Notes under the pieces: generated by a model
The model's database searches: none
Told to the model about the DNA's origin: nothing
What the model saw: only the letters and a program-made list of their open reading frames with translations
Assembly: GCA_024707145.1 (NCBI GenBank)
Contig: JANQAI010000013.1
Coordinates: 176,588 to 240,587 of the forward strand
DNA from: Magnetospirillum sp.
GTDB lineage: Bacteria > Pseudomonadota > Alphaproteobacteria > Rhodospirillales > Magnetospirillaceae
Direction: 5' to 3'
DNA: 64,000 nucleotides
Shown: positions 20,429 to 29,904 of the stretch, piece after piece
How positions within the stretch are numbered: position 1 is the first letter of the stretch
Layout: every line of letters begins with the position of its first letter
Translations under genes and position numbers: made by a program

Positions 20429-20965
20429 TTAGTGCACCGCGTCGACGGGCGGCTTGTCCCAATGCCAAGTGCCCAGGGTCACCGGCACCTTGCACATGCT
20501 GATGGCCTCGGTCGGGCAGATCTTGAAGCACTTGGCGCAGCCGTGGCACTGGTCGGTGATGATGGTGTGGACGTGCTTGACCGAACCGACGATGGCGTCG
20601 GAGGTGCACTCGCCGATGCAGCGCAGGCAGCCGATGCACAGATCCTCGTCGATCATCGCGTATTGCGGGCCGGCATCCTCATGCCCGTCCAGGTCGGCGG
20701 ACACGCCCAGGCGCTTGGCCAGGGCCTCGGCCACCGCCTTGCCGCCGGGGGCGCACAGGGTGACCGGAGCATGCTCGTGGGCCAGGGCGGCGGCATATTG
20801 CGCGCAGCCCACATAGCCGCACTGGCCGCACTGGGAGCCGGGCAGCATGCCCGCCAGCTCCTGCTCGATGGGGTCCTCCTCCACGTGCAGCAGCTTGGCG
20901 GCGACGCCCAGCAGACCGCCCAGGGTCACGCCGATGATGGTCAGGGAACCAACGTCGATCAACAT
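20429..20965 (-). CDS. rnfB: Rnf electron transport complex subunit B
   Basis: LPGSQCGQCGYVGC, CIGCLRCIGEC, CHGCAKCFKICP. Confidence 0.93.
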   Translation of the reverse strand: MLIDVGSLTIIGVTLGGLLGVAAKLLHVEEDPIEQELAGMLPGSQCGQCGYVGCAQYAAALAHEHAPVTLCAPGGKAVAEALAKRLGVSADLDGHEDAGPQYAMIDEDLCIGCLRCIGECTSDAIVGSVKHVHTIITDQCHGCAKCFKICPTEAISMCKVPVTLGTWHWDKPPVDAVH

Positions 20966-20977
20966 TCTCGCGGTCTC

Positions 20978-21559
20978 CTACTTGGCGCCCATACCGGAAA
21001 AGCCCATGAAGGCCAGCGCCAGCAGGCTGGCGGTGATGAAGCCGATGGGCGGGCCGGCGAACAGGCGCGGCACATCGGCCAGGGCGACGCGTTCGCGCAG
21101 GCCCGCGAACAGTACCATCACCAGGCTGTAGCCCAGGGACGAGGCAAAGGCGAACAGGGTCGCATCCATGAAGCCGTACCGGCCTTCCACCAGCAGCAGG
21201 CAGACGCCCAGCACGGCGCAGTTGGTGGTGATCAGCGGCAGATAGATGCCGAGCAGCTTGAACAGCGAAGGGGAGAACTTGCGGAAGACCGCTTCGGTGA
21301 ACTGCACCGCCGCCGCGATCACCAGGATGAAGGTGACGGTGCGTAGGTAGCCGAGGTCATAGGGCTTCAGCAGGAATTCCTCCAGCATCCAGTCGCCCAT
21401 GGCCGAAACCGTGATGACGAAGGTGCAGGCGGCGCCCATGCCGATGGCGGTGTCCACGCGGGTGGTCACGCCCATGAACGAACACAGGCCCAGGAAGCGC
21501 GCCAGGATGACGTTGTTCACCAGGGCCGCGCCGACGATCAGCAAAATGATGTCCTGCAT
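20978..21559 (-). CDS. rnfA: Rnf electron transport complex subunit A
   Basis: NNVILARFLGLCSFMG, LGIYLPLITTNCAVLG, LAFMGFSGM. Confidence 0.95.
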   Translation of the reverse strand: MQDIILLIVGAALVNNVILARFLGLCSFMGVTTRVDTAIGMGAACTFVITVSAMGDWMLEEFLLKPYDLGYLRTVTFILVIAAAVQFTEAVFRKFSPSLFKLLGIYLPLITTNCAVLGVCLLLVEGRYGFMDATLFAFASSLGYSLVMVLFAGLRERVALADVPRLFAGPPIGFITASLLALAFMGFSGMGAK

Positions 21560-21570
21560 GGGTAGAGTCC

Positions 21571-22074
21571 CTATGAGCGGTCATGTCCGCACTCGGCATC
21601 GGAGCCGAAGGCGCGGCGAAGGTATCGCGGGGCCAGTTCGCCCCGCCGGGAAAGCCGTTGCGACTTGAACCGCACCAGCAGCAAACCGATGGCCAGGCCG
21701 GCGATGGTCGCCAGGGCGGCGCCCAAATCGCCGCCGCCCAGCTTCTGCACCGTCACCCCGGCCACCAGCATGAACAGCAGCGGGATGCCGTAGGCGGTCA
21801 GCGAGGCGCGGCGCAGGGTGTCCTCGGGGATGCCGACGACGACGCGCTCGCCCACCTGGAAGCCGTGGTCGTTGCGCATCTGGAAGCGCCGCGCCACCAG
21901 CCGGGCGCTGCCCGGCTTGGCGCCGCACACGGCGGCCGAATGGCACGAGCCGCAGGCGGTGGTCTGTTCCGGCTCCAGCCAGGCCATGCCGCCGTCGATC
22001 GAAACCACGCGGGCGACGCCCTCGATCAGGTCGCGGTCGTTGGCGTCGGGCAGGCTGGAAGCGGCATGCGCCAT
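21571..22074 (-). CDS. rseC: RseC/MucC family protein
   Basis: ACGSCHSAAVCG cysteine cluster, VGERVVVGIPE, two C-terminal TM helices. Confidence 0.85.
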   Translation of the reverse strand: MAHAASSLPDANDRDLIEGVARVVSIDGGMAWLEPEQTTACGSCHSAAVCGAKPGSARLVARRFQMRNDHGFQVGERVVVGIPEDTLRRASLTAYGIPLLFMLVAGVTVQKLGGGDLGAALATIAGLAIGLLLVRFKSQRLSRRGELAPRYLRRAFGSDAECGHDRS

Positions 22075-22078
22075 GGGG

Positions 22079-23071
22079 TCAGGCCTCGACCTTGTTGACC
22101 ACGCCGTCGGGCGTCACGGTCAGCGCCATCAGGCCGCCGGCGGCCTTCAGCACCTCGCGCTGGCGTTCGGGTGCGGTCAGCAGCAGGGCGGTGGACAGGC
22201 CGTCGGCGCGGGTGGCGGTGTCGGCCACCACCGACACGCCCAGCAGGGCCGGCGCGGTGCGGCCCGAACGGGGGTCGATCAGGTGGGTGAAGCGGCCCTG
22301 CTCGTCGAACAGGGTGCCGTAGCCGCCCGAGGTGGAGATCGCCTTGTCGACCACGTCGATCTCGGTGACCGCCTTGGTGGGATCGGCCGGGTTGGCGATG
22401 CCGATGCGCCAGGCCGAGCCGTCGGGCTTGGTGGACAGCGCGCGGGGCTCGCCCATGTCCACCAGCATGCGGTCGAAGCCGTGGCTGCGCAGCACCTCGG
22501 CCACCTTGTCGGTGATGAAGCCCTGGGCGCCGCTGTTCAGCGTCAGGCCCATGCCCGGACGGGCGAAGGCGACGGAGCGGCCGCTGATCCCGACGCCCTG
22601 CCAGCCCACCAGGGCCAGGGCGGCGTCCAGGTCGCGCTGCGACGGGCCGGCGGGATCGGCGCTGCCGGTGGTGAAGTGGCGGAAATAGGCCTGCCACACC
22701 GGCTGGATGGTGGGGTCGTAGGCGCCGCCGGAAAGGCGGGCCAGGTCCAGCGACTTGTCCAGCAGCGCGATGAAATCGGCCGGCGCCTCGTCCAGCTTGC
22801 CGTCGCGGTTCAGGGTCGAGATGGCCGAATCGGCGCGATAGACGCTGAAAATCTGCTCCAGCCGGGCCAGTTCCGCCAGCGCGGCCTCGATGGCGGCGCG
22901 GGCCTTGGCCTCGTCGGTGGCGTATAGCTTGATGGAGGACGGCGCCCCCAGCGTGGTGCCTTCCCAGGTGACCAGGCGGGCCTGGGCGCCGCCGGCCTTG
23001 AGGACCAGCGGCAGGCCGGCAGCAGCGGCGGCCACGGTGATCAGACGGCGGCGGGTGATCTTGACGGTCAT
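22079..23071 (-). CDS. apbE: FAD:protein FMN transferase (ApbE/RnfF) with Tat signal
   Basis: TRRRLI Tat motif, GAYDPTI, STSGGYG, HLIDPRSG, ADGLSTA; GGAGG RBS before ATG 23071. Confidence 0.9.
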   Translation of the reverse strand: MTVKITRRRLITVAAAAAGLPLVLKAGGAQARLVTWEGTTLGAPSSIKLYATDEAKARAAIEAALAELARLEQIFSVYRADSAISTLNRDGKLDEAPADFIALLDKSLDLARLSGGAYDPTIQPVWQAYFRHFTTGSADPAGPSQRDLDAALALVGWQGVGISGRSVAFARPGMGLTLNSGAQGFITDKVAEVLRSHGFDRMLVDMGEPRALSTKPDGSAWRIGIANPADPTKAVTEIDVVDKAISTSGGYGTLFDEQGRFTHLIDPRSGRTAPALLGVSVVADTATRADGLSTALLLTAPERQREVLKAAGGLMALTVTPDGVVNKVEA

Positions 23072-23475
23072 CGCGAATATGCCTCCCCCCGGGACCTGCC
23101 GGGGTGTCGCTTTGGGTCGAAACTGGCAAGGCCCGAATAGCGAGGCAAACGACGCCGTTTGTCTCGTGTGGTCCAGGCCGGAAGTCATGTTAGCGAAGGA
23201 GCCGTGTTTATGTCCCCAAAAAACATCCGGTCAGGGCTGCGTGCCTAACGAGGAGGCATGCGGGAGGGTGCGCCTCCCCCTCGCAAGGGTGGGGGCGGCC
23301 TACCGCAAGTGGCGGAGACGGGCATTCGAATGGTCGAATTGGTGACTGTGCCATGCGTGCAATGCATAAGAGCATTGCGCATGCGTGGTCTGAGCTTCCG
23401 CTGTCTTCGCTGTGCGTTTGCCTAGAATTGATGCGTTTTTCCCTTTGGGCTGCGCGTGCTTTGGTCAGTTTGACT

Positions 23476-23491
23476 TGCAAACATCTTGCCC
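23476..23491 (-). promoter_or_regulatory. Possible sigma54 (-24/-12) promoter for the apbE-rnf operon
   Basis: Minus strand GGGCAAGATGTTTGCA = GG-N10-GC with TTGCA, in an AT-rich stretch about 400 nt upstream of apbE. Confidence 0.35.
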
Positions 23492-23558
23492 AAAATTATG
23501 TCACGCGCCTGTCACGGGGTGATGCCTTTTTTGTGTGCAGGCGCGAAGGGCGGCCCGG

Positions 23559-26500
23559 TCAGGCGGCGCCCACATAGGCGCCGATGTCCACCTCGTCGAT
23601 CTGTTCGGGCAGCAGGTAGCGTTCGGCGTAGCGGCGATAGACGCCCGAGGTGAGGAACAGGTCGAACAGGTGCGGGTCGATATGGCCGTCCTTCTTGAAG
23701 AAGGACAGGATCTTGACGGATTCCGACAGGGTCTTGGCCTTCTTGTAGGGACGGTCCGAGGCGGTCAGCGCCTCGAAGATGTCGGCGATGGCCATGATGC
23801 GGGCCGGCACCGACAGCCTCTGGGCATCGAGCTTGCGCGGATAGCCCGAGCCGGTCAGCGTCTCGTGGTGGGTGCCGGCATATTCGGGCACCCGCTTCAG
23901 GTGCTTGGGGAAGGGCAGACGCTCCAGCATGGCGATGGTCTGCATGATGTGCTCGTTGATCTTGAAGCGGTCCTCCTCGGTCAGGGTGCCGCGGCCGATG
24001 GACAGGTTGTAGACCTCGCCCAGATTGTAGAGGTTCTCCGGCACCTTCACCTGGAAGCCGAGGTCGGCATAGGCGCGGTGGATGCCGCCGTCGCGGGGGA
24101 TGACGTGCCAGGGCTTGTCGGCCAGCAGCGATTCGACCGCCGGCAGCGGCGCGGCGGGAACGCCGGCATAGCGCTTCAGTTCCTCGTGGGCCAGGCCCAG
24201 GCGGTCGTCGAAATGGCGGGTCCAGGTGGTCTCGGCGATGCGCTTCAACCGTTCCACCTTCTCGGGGGCGAAATATTCACCGCCCACGTTGCATTCGGCG
24301 ACGAAGGCGAAATCGTCCAGCAGCCGGGCCTTGCGTTCGGCACAGACGGCGGCCGCCTCGGCCGGGTCGGTGCCGGCCGCCACCGCCTCCAGCCGCGCGA
24401 TCTCGGCGTCGCGCAGCAGCACCTCGAAGCGTATGCGCACCTCGTGAATGCGGTTGTAGATGGTCTCCAGCTTGGTGGCCTTGTCGACGATGTATTCCGG
24501 CGTGACCACCTTGCCGCAATCGTGCAGCCAGGCGCCGATGCGGAACTCGCGCCATTCCTCCTCGGTCTCGAAGCGGAACCCGGCCAACGGGCCACGGCTT
24601 TGGACGGAGGCCTCCTCGGCCAGCATGAGCGCCAGTTCGGGGACCCGCGCGCAATGGCCGCCGGTATAGGGGCTCTTGGCGTCGATGGCGCCGGCGATGA
24701 GCTGGATCATGGAATCCATCAGCCGCTCCTGCGCCGACAGCAGTTCGCGGTTATAGAGCGCGGTGGCGGCCTGGGCGGCCAGGGCCTCGACGAAGCGCTG
24801 GATCTCGGGCGAGAACGGCACCACCGTGTCCGAATTGGGCGGCCGGGCGTTGATCAATTGCAAGGCGCCGATGACGTCGCCGCCGCGCGGCTTCAGCGGC
24901 ACGGTCATGAACGACTTGGAGCGATAGCCGTTGCGCTCGTCGAACAGGCGCGTGCCCGAGAAATCGAAGCGCGAGGAATCGTAGGCGTCGGCGATGGTCA
25001 CCGTCTGCTGTTCGTGCACCGCGTGGCTGACCACGTTGCGGTGGTTGGCCGCGCCCTCGGTGTCGTACAGGGCCACCGGCGGAATGGTCACCTCGTTGCC
25101 CGAGGTGCCGCCCAGCGCCACGTCCAGAGTGTCGTTGCGCACGATCTGGAAATGCAGTTTGTCGTCTTCGCCCCGGATATAGAGCGTGCCGCCGTCGGCG
25201 TTGGTCAGTTCCTTGGCGCCCAGCAGCACCATTTCCATCAAGCGGTTGCTGTCGCGCTCGGCCGACATGGCGATGCCCAAGTCCACCAGGCGGGCCAGCT
25301 TGCCCTGGGTTTCGTCCAGTTGCTTCTGGCGGGTGGCTAGAGTCCGCTTCATCAGGCTGAAGGCCTGGCCCAGATTGTCGAACTCGACGATGCGCGAAGG
25401 CAGCGGCGGCGCGGCGGTGAAATCCAGCTGGCGCACCCGGTCGGCGTCGGCGGCCAAGGCCCGCACCGCCGTTGCCATGCGGCTGGAGAACACCACCGCC
25501 GCCGGCACGAACACCGCCAGGCCGACCAGGGCCAGCAGCAGGATCTGCGTGCGCATGACCCGGATGTGGTCCACGAAGTCGTCGGCCGGGGCGATGATGC
25601 CGATGCCGATGCGGCGCGATCCGCCGGCCTGCCATTCGCTCAACTGCACCATCAGCCGGTTGCCGGCCAGCTCCACCTCGCGCAGCGCGCCGTCGCCCGA
25701 GGCGTCCTTGGCGTCGGCCACCGTGCGCAGCAGCGGCGAGCCCAGGTCGCGCAGACTGGTGAGCGGGGCGACCGGCCCTTCCACCAGGACGGGGCTGACG
25801 GCCAGCACCCGCTGGGCGTCGTCGAACAGCACCACGCCGCCATGGGCGGAAATGGCGTGCCGGGCGATCAGCGAGTCCAGGCCGGTGAGGGTGACGTCGA
25901 CGCCGAATACGCCGCGCCCCCCGGGCAGCCGGCGCGAGGCGGTGATGCCCGGCGCCCCGAGCGAGTTGAAGACGTAGGGCGCCGATAATTGTGCGGTCTC
26001 GGCGGTGCTGGCGGTGGCGTACCACGGGCGCTGGCGCGGGTCGTAGCCGGGGGTGGGCTCGGCGCGGCGGCCGATCTCGTGGCGGCCGTCGTCCAGGAAG
26101 AGCCAGGTCTGCGCGCGGGCTTCGCCTTCGCCGGCGATGACGCGCACGATCCAGCGGGTTTCGGCCGGTGCCTCGTGGGCGGCCAGTACGCGCTGGTCGC
26201 CACGGGTGGCGATCACCTGCAGGAAGCCGCCGTCGGCGAAGCCGTAATAAAGGAATAGAGCGCCGGCTCCTGCGCCAGGGCGGCGAGCATGAAGGGCAGG
26301 GCGGGGGTGTCCGCGCCCTGGGCGCCCAGGGACTCGGTGCCGGGCAGGGCGGCACCCAGATCGGCGAGGGCCAGGGTCTGCCCCACCTGGCGGTCGATCC
26401 CGGCATGGGCGGCATCGGCCACCCGGGCGAAAAGCTGTCCCGCCGTCTCGCGTGCGGTGCGGTCGCTGGCCAGGTAGACGCTGACCAGGGTTGCCGCCGT

Positions 26501-26566
26501 CATGGCCGTGATGATCAGCAGGATGGCGGTGACGATGCTGACCTGAAAGCGTATGCGGAACGACAT
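23559..26566 (-). CDS. Membrane sensor (Cache-like)-HAMP-GAF-HD-GYP phosphodiesterase; apparent frameshift near 26250
   Basis: N-terminal TM MSFRIRFQVSIVTAILLII (ORF 26213..26632) joins YYGFADGGF, YDPRQRPWY, GAF (YRSKSFMTVPL), KSPYTGGHCARV, LHDCGK, HHETLTGSGYP, IADIFEALT. Confidence 0.88.
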
Positions 26567-26654
26567 GCCCTTTCCCCCACGGCGAAGCCAATGCGGCGGC
26601 ATTTTCACCATGAAGCGAAAGTATAGTCTCAAACCAGAGGTAAATGCTCGCCGG

Positions 26655-27284
26655 TCAATCGTGCGTAAGAGGAAAATTCACCGTGGACCAGGCGGCGGCG
26701 TTTTCCACCACCACGGCGAACCGGTCGGCCAGGGCGGCCAGTTCCGCCCGGTGCAACTGGGCGGCGGGGATCACGCCGCCGGCCGGATCGGGCAGGTCGC
26801 GGGTGGCGCAGGCGCCGGCCACCACCGTGGTGCGGTAGCCCAGGTCCAGGGCGGCGCGCACGCTGGCGCTGACGCACATGTGGGTGGCGAAGCCGGCGAC
26901 GATCAGTTCGGGACGGCCGGCGGCCTGCAGCCGGGCATGCAGTTCGGTGCCGGCGAAGGCGTTGGGCAGCGCCTTGGTGACCACCACTTCGGTTTCCCTT
27001 GGCGCCAGCGCGGGAATGACCGCCGCCATGGGGCCGGCGGGATCGAACAGCGGCCCGCCGGGCCGGCCGTGATGCAGCACATGGAACACCGGCGCGCCGT
27101 GGGAGCGGGCAAGCGCCAGCAGGCGCGCCAGTTCGGCCACGGCGCCGTCGACGTCGGGCAGCCTGAGGGCTCCGTCCACGTATTCGCGCTGATGGTCGAT
27201 CAGCACCAAGGCGGCCCGCTCCAGCGGGGCGGGATGGCGGGGGGCGCCGGCAAAGTCCAGCAGGGTCTTGGGCGGGGGGCTCAT
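26655..27284 (-). CDS. Isochorismatase-family cysteine hydrolase
   Basis: Asp-Lys-Cys triad: LIDHQREY, TKALPNAF, GFATHMCV. Confidence 0.88.
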   Translation of the reverse strand: MSPPPKTLLDFAGAPRHPAPLERAALVLIDHQREYVDGALRLPDVDGAVAELARLLALARSHGAPVFHVLHHGRPGGPLFDPAGPMAAVIPALAPRETEVVVTKALPNAFAGTELHARLQAAGRPELIVAGFATHMCVSASVRAALDLGYRTTVVAGACATRDLPDPAGGVIPAAQLHRAELAALADRFAVVVENAAAWSTVNFPLTHD

Positions 27285-27358
27285 GGAAAAGGCTCCTGGG
27301 TAAGGACGGCCCAGTTTGGTCCCTGCCGCCTTGTGCGGAAATACGATATTCTTGCGCG

Positions 27359-28267
27359 ATGGTTGATAGAAAACGCACAGGTAGCCCGGATTGGGAGGAC
27401 CTGCGCCATTTCCTGGCGCTGGCCCGGTTCGGCACCTTGTCGGCCGCCGCCCGTGCCCTTGGGGTCAATCACGCCACCGTGTCCCGCCGTGTCGCCGCGC
27501 TGGAGGCCGTGCTGGGGCGCGTGCTGTTCGACCGCCGCGCCGACGGCTATGCCCTGACGGCCGACGGACAGGCCATCCTGGCCGAGGCCGAACCCATGGA
27601 GGCGGCGGCCCTGGCGGTGGCCTGCCGGCTGGACCGTGGCGGCCAGTTGGCGGGGCCAGTGCGGCTGACCGCCACCCGCATCTTCGCCGACGCCTTCCTC
27701 GCTGCCCATCTGGGGCAGTTGGCCCGGCGCCACCCCGCCATCGACCTGGAACTGGTCACCGGCTCGCGCCCCTTCAGTCTGGCGCGGCGCGAGGCCGATC
27801 TGGCGCTGCGCCTGGGGCGGCCGCGCGACAGCGACCTGCGCGGCCGGCAGGTGGCCACGGTGGGGCACGCCTTCTATGCCGGCGAGGAATGGCGCATGCG
27901 CCTGGCCGCGGGCGAGGCGCCACGGCTGATCGGTTTCGATGCCGCCAGCCGCCATGTTCCCGAGGCGGCGTGGCTGGAGCGTTTCGCCGCCGGCCGGCCC
28001 ATGGCGTTGCGCAGCGACAGTTGGGCGATCCAGGCGGCTGCCGCCGCTGCCGGTGCGGGCGTGGCGCTGCTGCCCCATTACTTGGCGGCGCTCCATCCCG
28101 TCCTGGCGCCTGTCTCCCTGGGCGCCGAACCCCCGTCGGCGGAATTGTGGCTGCTGGTGCGTCCCGATTTGGGTGCGGTGCCGCGGGTGCGCGCCGTGGC
28201 CGACTTCCTGGCCGAATTGTGCCGTCGGCATGCCGGCCTGCTGTGCGCCGCCGAACGGGAGGGGTAG
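27359..28267 (+). CDS. LysR family transcriptional regulator
   Basis: DWEDLRHFLALARFGTLSAAARALGVNHATVSRRVAALE HTH; divergent from the hydrolase. Confidence 0.92.
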   Translation: MVDRKRTGSPDWEDLRHFLALARFGTLSAAARALGVNHATVSRRVAALEAVLGRVLFDRRADGYALTADGQAILAEAEPMEAAALAVACRLDRGGQLAGPVRLTATRIFADAFLAAHLGQLARRHPAIDLELVTGSRPFSLARREADLALRLGRPRDSDLRGRQVATVGHAFYAGEEWRMRLAAGEAPRLIGFDAASRHVPEAAWLERFAAGRPMALRSDSWAIQAAAAAAGAGVALLPHYLAALHPVLAPVSLGAEPPSAELWLLVRPDLGAVPRVRAVADFLAELCRRHAGLLCAAEREG

Positions 28268-28280
28268 GGCGCCTGGCCCC

Positions 28281-28316
28281 TTGCCGTCCGCGCGCCGGCT
28301 CTGGCATGATCGAAGC
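28281..28316 (+). promoter_or_regulatory. Promoter of the EamA operon (sigma54-like and sigma70-like readings overlap)
   Basis: TGGCATGATCGAAGC (28302-28316) is GG-N10-GC, ending 12 nt before the riboswitch; TTGCCG-N18-CATGAT (28281-28310) is an alternative sigma70 reading. Confidence 0.45.
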
Positions 28317-28328
28317 CTGATCGAGCGC

Positions 28329-28374
28329 GCCGGGACGACCCGGCCTCCGCGTGGTTTCACCCGGGACGACCCGG
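28329..28374 (+). ncRNA. Guanidine-II (mini-ykkC) riboswitch
   Basis: Twin hairpins GCCGGG-ACGA-CCCGGC (28329-28344) and CCGGG-ACGA-CCCGG (28361-28374), ACGR tetraloops, 16-nt linker, in the EamA 5' UTR. Confidence 0.88.
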
Positions 28375-28446
28375 ACAGAGCGGGCATGCCGCCCGCACGC
28401 ATGTGAACGCCATGAGGTTGCGTCGATCCTTTCCCGAGAGCGTGTC

Positions 28447-29319
28447 GTGAACGGCGGGTTGTGGGGCCTGATGGCCGCCCTGGCCTTCGGCGGCGCCGAT
28501 TTCTGCGGCCGTCTCAGCGGCCGTGCCCTGGGGCCGCGCCACGCCATGCTGGGGCTGATGGTGGTGGGGGCCGTGCTGCTCAGCCTGCACGGCCTCGCCA
28601 CCGGCGGCCTGCCCGCCCTGACCGCGCGGCAGGCGGCGCTGGCCGTCGCCGCCGGCATCACCGCCACTTTGGCGCCGCTGCTGTTCTACAAGAGCATGAC
28701 TTACGGCCCGCTGTCGCTGGTGGGGCCTATCTGCGGCGCCTATCCCGCCTTCGTGGTGCCGGTCACCGTCATCATGGGCGCCCGCCCCTCGGCGCTGGAA
28801 TGGGCGGCCATGGGAGTGACCATGCTGGGTGCCCTGGTGGTGGCGAAAAGCGCCGGCGACGATCCCGACGGGCGGGTGGCCGCCGACCGGACCAACCGCC
28901 GCCGCGCCGCGGTCACGGCGGTGGCGGCCGGCGCCATGTTCGCCGCCGCCCTGCTGGTGGGCCGCGAGGCGGTGCTGGAGATCGGCGCGGCGGCCTCGCT
29001 GTGGCTGGGCCGCTGCATCGGCGTCGCCCTGCTGGTGGTGCTGATCCTGGCGGCGCGCGAGCGTCCGCAGGTGCCGCGCCGCTGGTGGCGGCTGCTGACC
29101 TTGCAGGGCATCCTGGATTCCGCCGGCTACCTGGCCTTCTACCTGGGCAGCCGGGGCGAGGACGCGGCGGCGGCGGCCGTGGCCAGTTCGGGCTTCATGG
29201 TGGTGGCGGTGCTGTTGGGCCGGGTAATCTTGAAGGAACAGGTCACCCCTCGTTGCTGGCTTGGGGTGGCGCTGGTGTTCGGCGGCGTCGCCGTGCTGTC
29301 CACGGGGGCCTCATCATGA
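28447..29319 (+). CDS. EamA/DMT family transporter
   Basis: About 10 hydrophobic segments in two repeats; GLMAALAFGGADF, GPLSLVGPICGAYP, LGRVILKEQVT; GTG start inferred. Confidence 0.85.
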   Translation: MNGGLWGLMAALAFGGADFCGRLSGRALGPRHAMLGLMVVGAVLLSLHGLATGGLPALTARQAALAVAAGITATLAPLLFYKSMTYGPLSLVGPICGAYPAFVVPVTVIMGARPSALEWAAMGVTMLGALVVAKSAGDDPDGRVAADRTNRRRAAVTAVAAGAMFAAALLVGREAVLEIGAAASLWLGRCIGVALLVVLILAARERPQVPRRWWRLLTLQGILDSAGYLAFYLGSRGEDAAAAAVASSGFMVVAVLLGRVILKEQVTPRCWLGVALVFGGVAVLSTGASS

Positions 29320-29904
29320 GCCCGGACGATCTGGTCGGCGCCTGGCGCCGCGCCGCCATTGCCTGGCCCGATGGCCGGCGTGACGGCACCACCTGGGTGC
29401 TGTGGCTGCAGGCGCGTACCGCCTTCGCCGACATCCGCCTGGGCACGGATGGCCACGCCGAGGGCTTCGCCGGCACCATCGCCGTCGAGGGCGACGTCTG
29501 CACCTGGCACCGCGAGGTGGACATCAGCCCGCCAAGTGCCCCCCGATATGGGCCGGCTGATGCGGGTGTCCGACACCGCCCTGCTGGAGGACGGCGTGCT
29601 GACGGCCTACCGCGAGGATTGGCTGCGCGAGCCCGCTGTGGCCCCCACCCTGGTGCTGCGCCGGCCCGGCGCCCTGCTGGTCGGCGTCGGAATCTGCGTG
29701 CTGCGGGCCAGCGCGCGGGCGGTGGATTACTGGCCGGCCGGCGCGGCGGCGGTGGCGCGGTCCACCGATCCGTCGCGCATCGGCCTGCCCCTTTCCTTCG
29801 TCCGCCACGGCGGCGAGGTGGTGGAAGTCGACGGCACCCGTTGGCAGGTGGCGGAAAGCAGCGCGGACGAGCCGTTGGCCCTGTTGGACGGAGGTGCCCC
29901 ATGA
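29316..29904 (+). CDS. Hypothetical protein (~195 aa); apparent +1 frameshift at C run ~29539-29544
   Basis: MSPDDLVGAWRR...TTWVLWLQ...FADIR...EGFAG...TWHREVDISPP then next frame DMGRL...LLEDG...YREDW; ATGA overlaps with both neighbours. Confidence 0.7.

Noticed and set aside
23470-23483. FNR-like box TTGAC-N4-AAACA upstream of rnf
   Set aside because: Second half-site deviates too far from ATCAA
23208-23577. Small ORFs 23208..23480 (-) and 23353..23577 (+)
   Set aside because: Atypical codon usage, no clear RBS, no motif; region looks regulatory
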